DNA of 57,096 nucleotides, taken from NCBI GenBank assembly GCA_051881715.1, contig JBJEQK010000010.1, positions 1 through 57,096 on the forward strand, read 5' to 3'. Made by a program: the position numbers and the translations under genes. This document shows positions 52,753 through 57,096 of the stretch, piece after piece. The stretch is from Acutalibacteraceae bacterium (lineage in GTDB: Bacteria > Bacillota > Clostridia > Oscillospirales > Acutalibacteraceae). Within the stretch, counting starts at the first letter, position 1, and every line of letters starts with the position of its first letter. The notes under the pieces are model-generated. The model searched no databases. It saw only the letters and a program-made list of their open reading frames with translations, and was not told the origin of the DNA.

Positions 52753-53748
52753 ATGAAAAAAGTATTGGCGATACTTAGCGTTCTGACGCTTCTTTTCTCT
52801 GTGGGCTGTACACAAAAAACGACTGCGCCAGCCACAACGACCGAATCTGCATCCTCTGTCCCGCAAACGACAGAGTTTGTCCCCTCCACCGAAGCTACGA
52901 CTGAGGAGACAACTGTTTTCTCCCGTCCTGAAACGACCGTTTCCGCTGTGCAGTCTACAGCAACGCAGACCGAAACCACCGTCCCGGAAAAGACAACGAC
53001 GCAGACAAAGCCGACCCAGACCCAGCCGGAGACAACTACCGCCGCCACACAGAGAACAAACGTTTTTGACAAAATCAAAGAAGGCTTGGAGAATGTGCGC
53101 ATAGATGTACCGCAAATAAAGTCCAAGGATTTTTTCAACGACGTTGTTTTTGTCGGCGACAGTGTGACGCAGGGGCTGAAGAATTACACCAACTCCCGCC
53201 GCAACAAAGGCGAAGAGTGTCTGGGCACGGCACAGTTCCTGTGCTGCGGCAGTATGAGCTACACCAACGCGCTGAATCCCGTTTCCAAGAACAGTCTTCA
53301 CCCCACCTACCACGGTCAAAAGGTTTCCGTGGAGGACGGCATTGCGCAGAGCGGCGCCGGCAAAGCTTTCATCATGCTGGGCATGAACGATTTCAGCGCC
53401 TACAATGAAAAAACATGGCGTCAAAGTGTACAGACGCTCATCGACCGCATCATCGAAAAGAACCCCCGTGTTCAAATCTACATCGAGTCCGTTACCCCTA
53501 TTGTAAGCGGCATGGAACATGGCGCCTTCAGCAATGCCAATATTGATAAATTCAATGCATACCTCAAAGAATTCTGCGCCCAGCGTGGTCTTACATATGT
53601 GGACATCAGCACCAATGTCATGCAGGACGACAGCGGACATCTGAAAAAGAGCTACTGCGGCGATCCCGGCGCCATGGGCATCCACATGAGCAACGCCGGC
53701 AGTGATGCATGGGTACAATATCTGACCGCAGAATTCTGCGGCAATTAA
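52753..53748 (+). CDS. SGNH/GDSL hydrolase lipoprotein with Thr-rich linker
   Basis: Lipobox LLFSVGCT, a ~85-aa Thr/Glu/Gln-rich linker, SGNH block I FVGDSVTQG, block III GMNDF, and a C-terminal D..H region. Confidence 0.8.
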   Translation: MKKVLAILSVLTLLFSVGCTQKTTAPATTTESASSVPQTTEFVPSTEATTEETTVFSRPETTVSAVQSTATQTETTVPEKTTTQTKPTQTQPETTTAATQRTNVFDKIKEGLENVRIDVPQIKSKDFFNDVVFVGDSVTQGLKNYTNSRRNKGEECLGTAQFLCCGSMSYTNALNPVSKNSLHPTYHGQKVSVEDGIAQSGAGKAFIMLGMNDFSAYNEKTWRQSVQTLIDRIIEKNPRVQIYIESVTPIVSGMEHGAFSNANIDKFNAYLKEFCAQRGLTYVDISTNVMQDDSGHLKKSYCGDPGAMGIHMSNAGSDAWVQYLTAEFCGN

Positions 53749-53758
53749 GGAGTAACCG

Positions 53759-54226
53759 ATGAAAAAAACGATTTGCTTTATCCTCGCCATAGTTCTTTGT
53801 TTATGCTTTGCATCCTGCGGCAAAAAAGCCGAACCGCCTCAGGTTCCCCTGTCCACGGTCATGCAGGAGATCCGTTCCAGCGTCTCTTTGCCGGAGATGA
53901 TGGATCTGACAGCGGAAAATCTACAGGATTACTTCGGCATTGACGATGGGGAAATCACCGATTTTGCCGTGTGCATCAATGCCAACGGCTTTGAAAAAGA
54001 GGAGATCGTCCTTCTGCGTGCCTCGGACGCCGCTTCGGCAGAGAGCTTGGTGCAAAAGCTGAACCTCTCTTTGGAAAATGCCGCCGCAGAAATGCAGAAT
54101 TACCTGCCCGAACAATATGCTCTGGTAAAGCAAAGCGCCGTCCGCACAGACGGGCTGACCGTTTCCCTGTGCATCTCCGAAAACGCCCAACAGATCGCAG
54201 CCATTTTGGACAAATACTTTAAATAG
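53759..54226 (+). CDS. small lipoprotein, DUF4358-like
   Basis: Lipobox LCFASCG. Its size (155 aa) and position next to an SGNH hydrolase resemble DUF4358 proteins; the family call is from memory. Confidence 0.55.
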   Translation: MKKTICFILAIVLCLCFASCGKKAEPPQVPLSTVMQEIRSSVSLPEMMDLTAENLQDYFGIDDGEITDFAVCINANGFEKEEIVLLRASDAASAESLVQKLNLSLENAAAEMQNYLPEQYALVKQSAVRTDGLTVSLCISENAQQIAAILDKYFK

Positions 54227-54238
54227 TTTACATTTTTC

Positions 54239-54268
54239 TCTCCGTGCTGTGTCACGGAGATTTTTTTA
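54239..54268 (+). terminator. intrinsic terminator
   Basis: TCTCCGTG/CACGGAGA stem (54239-54246/54253-54260) with a 6-nt loop, followed by a TTTTTTT run. Confidence 0.6.
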
Positions 54269-54342
54269 TTTCCTTGTGTTCCAAATTATTACAAAAAAGT
54301 TAATTTTTGTTATATATAATGGAACGGCAAGGAGGTGATTTC

Positions 54343-54573
54343 ATGGCAATTTGTTTAAAACTGCATTCCGACACCTACACCGATGCCCATGGCAAGACCT
54401 ACACCGGCTACGGTCTGACGGCTTGGCGCAACGAAACTGAGCCGCTGTTTTCCTGGGAAAACATTTCCCCGAACAAAACAGAGATCCTTGACCTGATCGG
54501 CCTGTTGGAGAACGAAACGGTCGGCGCAGAAAGGTTTGCACATATGCTCGATGAATTGCATTTTGGGGTTTGA
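54343..54573 (+). CDS. hypothetical 76-aa protein
   Basis: AAGGAGGTG RBS 5 nt before the ATG at 54343. MAICLKLHSDTYTDAHGKTYTGYGLTAW... No family recognised. Confidence 0.45.
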   Translation: MAICLKLHSDTYTDAHGKTYTGYGLTAWRNETEPLFSWENISPNKTEILDLIGLLENETVGAERFAHMLDELHFGV

Positions 54574-54618
54574 CTTGCGGTGGAAATTTTTGTATACTGT
54601 CTTTCGAGGTGATTCCCG

Positions 54619-56940
54619 ATGAAAGACAGTGAACTTTTATATTACAACCGCCCCTCTCGGCGCTGGACGGATGCCCTGCCCCTTGGCAACGGAAGCCTCG
54701 GCGCCATGGTATTCGGCACCACGGATGCGGAGAAATTGTCTCTGAATCTGGACACGCTGTGGTCCGGCTATCCGCATTATGAGGAAAACCCCAGAGCCAA
54801 AGCCGCTTTTGAGACGGTGCGCAAGCAGGTTTTCACAGACGGTCAAATCCCTGCCGTCACAGAGCGTTTGATTGCCGATATGCAGGGCTACGACAGCGAA
54901 AGCTATCTGCCTTTGGGCGATCTTATCCTGCGCGATCCTGTCTGCGGTCCTGCCAAGGTGTGTGCATACAGCCGCACCCTCGACCTGTCCACTGCGGTAC
55001 AAACCGTAAAATATCAGCGGGACGGCGCAGACTACAGCGAAGAGTGGTTCATTTCCTACAGCCGCCATGTGCTGGTCGGACGCATTCGCTGTGAGGAGCC
55101 TATTGACTGCCAGATCATGCTACAAAGTATGCTCGACCACCACGCCTATACCCAGCAGAACTGTCTGATTCTGGACGGGCAGGCACCCGGTGGGATGCAC
55201 CCGTACCGAACCGCTTTCCTCCCACAGAGCGACGACCCTGCCAAACAGGGGATGTTTTTCCGCACGGCCGTCAAGGTGAAAGCGGACGGCAAAGTCCACT
55301 ATGAGGGCTGTGTGATCTCTTTGGAGGACTGCACCGACACGATGATCGTTCTGGCGGCGGAGGATTCCTTCAACGGATTTGACAAGCATCCTGTTTTGCA
55401 GGGCAAACCCTACAAGGAAGTTGTTTTACAGCGCATCGACGAAGCACTTGCTGTGCCCTATGATGCCCTTTTGCAGGAGCATATCGCAGAGCATCAGGCG
55501 GTCTATAAGCGTGTGTGTCTCGATATCGGCTCCGCCGGCATGGAAAATGTACCGACCAACGAGCGGCTGAATGCGTTCGGCACTGGCACCAATGACCCGG
55601 GTCTGTATACCCTGCTGTTCAACTACGGACGCTACCTCGCCATCAGCGCATCCCGTCCCGGCTCTCAGGCGATGAACCTGCAGGGAATCTGGAACCACCG
55701 TCTGCGTGCGCCTTGGGCATCCAACTACACGGTGAATATCAACACGGAAATGAACTACTGGCCGGTGCTGATGTGCAACATGGCGGAGTTGAACGAACCG
55801 CTGGTACATATGATGCAGGATCTTTCCGTGGCAGGCAGACGTGTGGCGCAGGAGTACTACGACGCAGAGGGCTTTACCTGCCACCACAACAGCGACATCT
55901 GGAGAATGTGCGTCCCGACCACGGGTAACCCCAGCTGGTCTTTCTGGTACAACGGCGCCGGCTGGATGTCCCGCCACCTTTTCGAGCAGTACGAATACAC
56001 CATGGACAAGGATTTCCTGCGGAACACGGCTTTGCCGGTTCTGAAGGGCTGTGCTGAGTTCTATCTCTCCATACTCACCGAAGCGCCGGACGGCAGTCTC
56101 GTTTGTGCACCGTCCACATCCCCGGAGAACCTGTATGTCCTCGGCGATTCGGAATATGCGGTTTCGCAGACAACGACCATGACCATGAGCATTTGCCGTG
56201 AAGTGCTGCAAAATACTGCCTGCGCCTGTGAGATTCTCGGCGTGGAAGATGCTCTGCTGGGCAGAATCCGTGATGTTCTGCCTCGCCTGTTCCCCTTGCG
56301 CACAGGAAAAGACGGCAGACTGCTGGAATGGTACAAAGAGGAAACCGAGGAGGATATCCATCACCGTCACGTCTCCCACCTATATGCCCTGCATCCCGCA
56401 AACCTGATCTCCGCAGAGAAAACGCCTGCGCTGGCGGATGCCTGCCGCAAAACGCTGGAAACCCGCGGCGACGACGGCACGGGCTGGAGTCTCGGGTGGA
56501 AGATCAACTTCTGGGCAAGACTGCGCGACGGCAACCGTGCCCTCCGCCTGCTGAACACACAGCTTCGCTATGTGGACGAGGAAAACGTCCAGTACACACG
56601 GGGCGGCGGCACCTATGCCAATCTTTTTGACGCCCATCCCCCTTTCCAGATCGACGGCAATTTCGGTGCAACCAGCGGCATTGCGGAAATGCTGCTGCAA
56701 AGTCTGGACGGGAAGGTATATCTCCTCCCCGCACTGCCCGATGCATGGAGCTGCGGCAGTGTGACCGGGCTGCGTGCCAAGGGCGGACTGACCGTTTCCA
56801 TCTATTGGGACAACGGTACGCTCTGCAAAGCCGAGATTTCCGGCGACAATGACTGCGTGACCCTGCGCTGTGCCGATCGGGAAACCACGATGCCCGTACA
56901 CGGAACCGTCGTTCTGAATGCAAATTTAGAAACAATCTGA
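54619..56940 (+). CDS. GH95 alpha-L-fucosidase
   Basis: GH95 N-terminal signature W.DALPLGNGSLGAMVFG....E.L.LN.DTLWSG. Catalytic-region segments NLQGIWN, YTVNINTEMNYWP and GWSLGWKINFWARL. Confidence 0.9.
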   Translation: MKDSELLYYNRPSRRWTDALPLGNGSLGAMVFGTTDAEKLSLNLDTLWSGYPHYEENPRAKAAFETVRKQVFTDGQIPAVTERLIADMQGYDSESYLPLGDLILRDPVCGPAKVCAYSRTLDLSTAVQTVKYQRDGADYSEEWFISYSRHVLVGRIRCEEPIDCQIMLQSMLDHHAYTQQNCLILDGQAPGGMHPYRTAFLPQSDDPAKQGMFFRTAVKVKADGKVHYEGCVISLEDCTDTMIVLAAEDSFNGFDKHPVLQGKPYKEVVLQRIDEALAVPYDALLQEHIAEHQAVYKRVCLDIGSAGMENVPTNERLNAFGTGTNDPGLYTLLFNYGRYLAISASRPGSQAMNLQGIWNHRLRAPWASNYTVNINTEMNYWPVLMCNMAELNEPLVHMMQDLSVAGRRVAQEYYDAEGFTCHHNSDIWRMCVPTTGNPSWSFWYNGAGWMSRHLFEQYEYTMDKDFLRNTALPVLKGCAEFYLSILTEAPDGSLVCAPSTSPENLYVLGDSEYAVSQTTTMTMSICREVLQNTACACEILGVEDALLGRIRDVLPRLFPLRTGKDGRLLEWYKEETEEDIHHRHVSHLYALHPANLISAEKTPALADACRKTLETRGDDGTGWSLGWKINFWARLRDGNRALRLLNTQLRYVDEENVQYTRGGGTYANLFDAHPPFQIDGNFGATSGIAEMLLQSLDGKVYLLPALPDAWSCGSVTGLRAKGGLTVSIYWDNGTLCKAEISGDNDCVTLRCADRETTMPVHGTVVLNANLETI

Positions 56941-56980
56941 GAATGACCCCTCTTTTCTGTGAATTTTTTCGACAATCATA

Positions 56981-57009
56981 TTGAAAAGTTTGTCGAATTG
57001 TGGTATTAT
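56981..57009 (+). promoter_or_regulatory. sigma-A promoter with overlapping inverted repeat
   Basis: TTGAAA - 17 nt - TATTAT with an extended TG. It is flanked and overlapped by the inverted repeat TTCGACAA (56968-56975) / TTGTCGAA (56990-56997). Confidence 0.4.
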
Positions 57010-57031
57010 TTCACAGACGGAGGGGTAATGT

Positions 57032-57096
57032 ATGCAAATTTATAGGTTCATCACGGATTTTTGTGGGATGAAGATCGAACGGCGGGGATTGAGAGA
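57032..57096 (+). CDS. start of an unidentified gene (runs off the right edge)
   Basis: GGAGGGG RBS 7 nt before the ATG at 57032. MQIYRFITDFCGMKIERRGLR... Only 21 codons are visible. Confidence 0.3.
   Translation, partial: MQIYRFITDFCGMKIERRGLR

Noticed and set aside
1-57096. A search for CRISPR arrays, prophage or integrase genes, toxin-antitoxin pairs, restriction-modification systems or other defence islands.
   Set aside because: No regularly spaced direct repeats were found, and no integrase, recombinase, transposase, phage structural or nuclease/methylase signatures. Apart from the three small repeat copies, the window is housekeeping and carbohydrate-metabolism DNA.

Overview
57.1-kb chromosomal window from a GC-rich Gram-positive anaerobe. 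GGAGG-type RBSs, WhiA/RapZ/HprK, a Na+-pumping decarboxylase and several glycoside hydrolases suggest a gut Clostridia (Oscillospiraceae/Ruminococcaceae-like) genome; this is inference only. I call about 57 protein genes, one tRNA-Leu(CAA), and several near-consensus sigma-A promoters and intrinsic terminators. Left to right: purB (partial); a GlcNAc kinase / signal-peptide-less GH84 / nucleotidyltransferase operon; a Thr-rich surface protein; a TlpA-thioredoxin / CD1871A-like 45-aa CXXC peptide / polyferredoxin trio; a metallophosphoesterase; GH35 beta-galactosidase; a MacB-type ABC operon with an Ig-repeat surface protein and a LysM-CAP protein; a DUF134 regulator divergent from an 855-aa CoA-disulfide-reductase-like + rhodanese + AsrC/Dsr-like siroheme-type fusion that overlaps a FecBCD/E-type importer; trxB; an MFS gene with a tandem-MerR regulator; tRNA-Leu; yerC-like; an LRR protein; a split Na+-oxaloacetate decarboxylase operon; argCJBD; an esterase; a lipoprotein; an OmpR/HK pair; HAD phosphatase; pcrA; pfkA; dnaE; whiA; rapZ; murB; glk; hprK; a NeuD-type acetyltransferase; SGNH and DUF4358-like lipoproteins; GH95 fucosidase. 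The most unusual signal is non-coding. A ~204-238-bp highly structured repeat occurs three times (25508-25745 minus, 34501-34704 plus, 39170-39406 plus). Each copy sits in the U-tract junction of an intrinsic terminator and is co-oriented with the upstream gene. Two copies are bracketed by 26-30-bp duplications of the host terminator hairpin, and the three copies differ by compensatory and strand-specific G-U substitutions. I cannot assign it to a known RNA or IS family from memory. No CRISPR array, prophage or recognisable defence island was seen. The many long ORFs antisense to real genes are codon-bias shadows.
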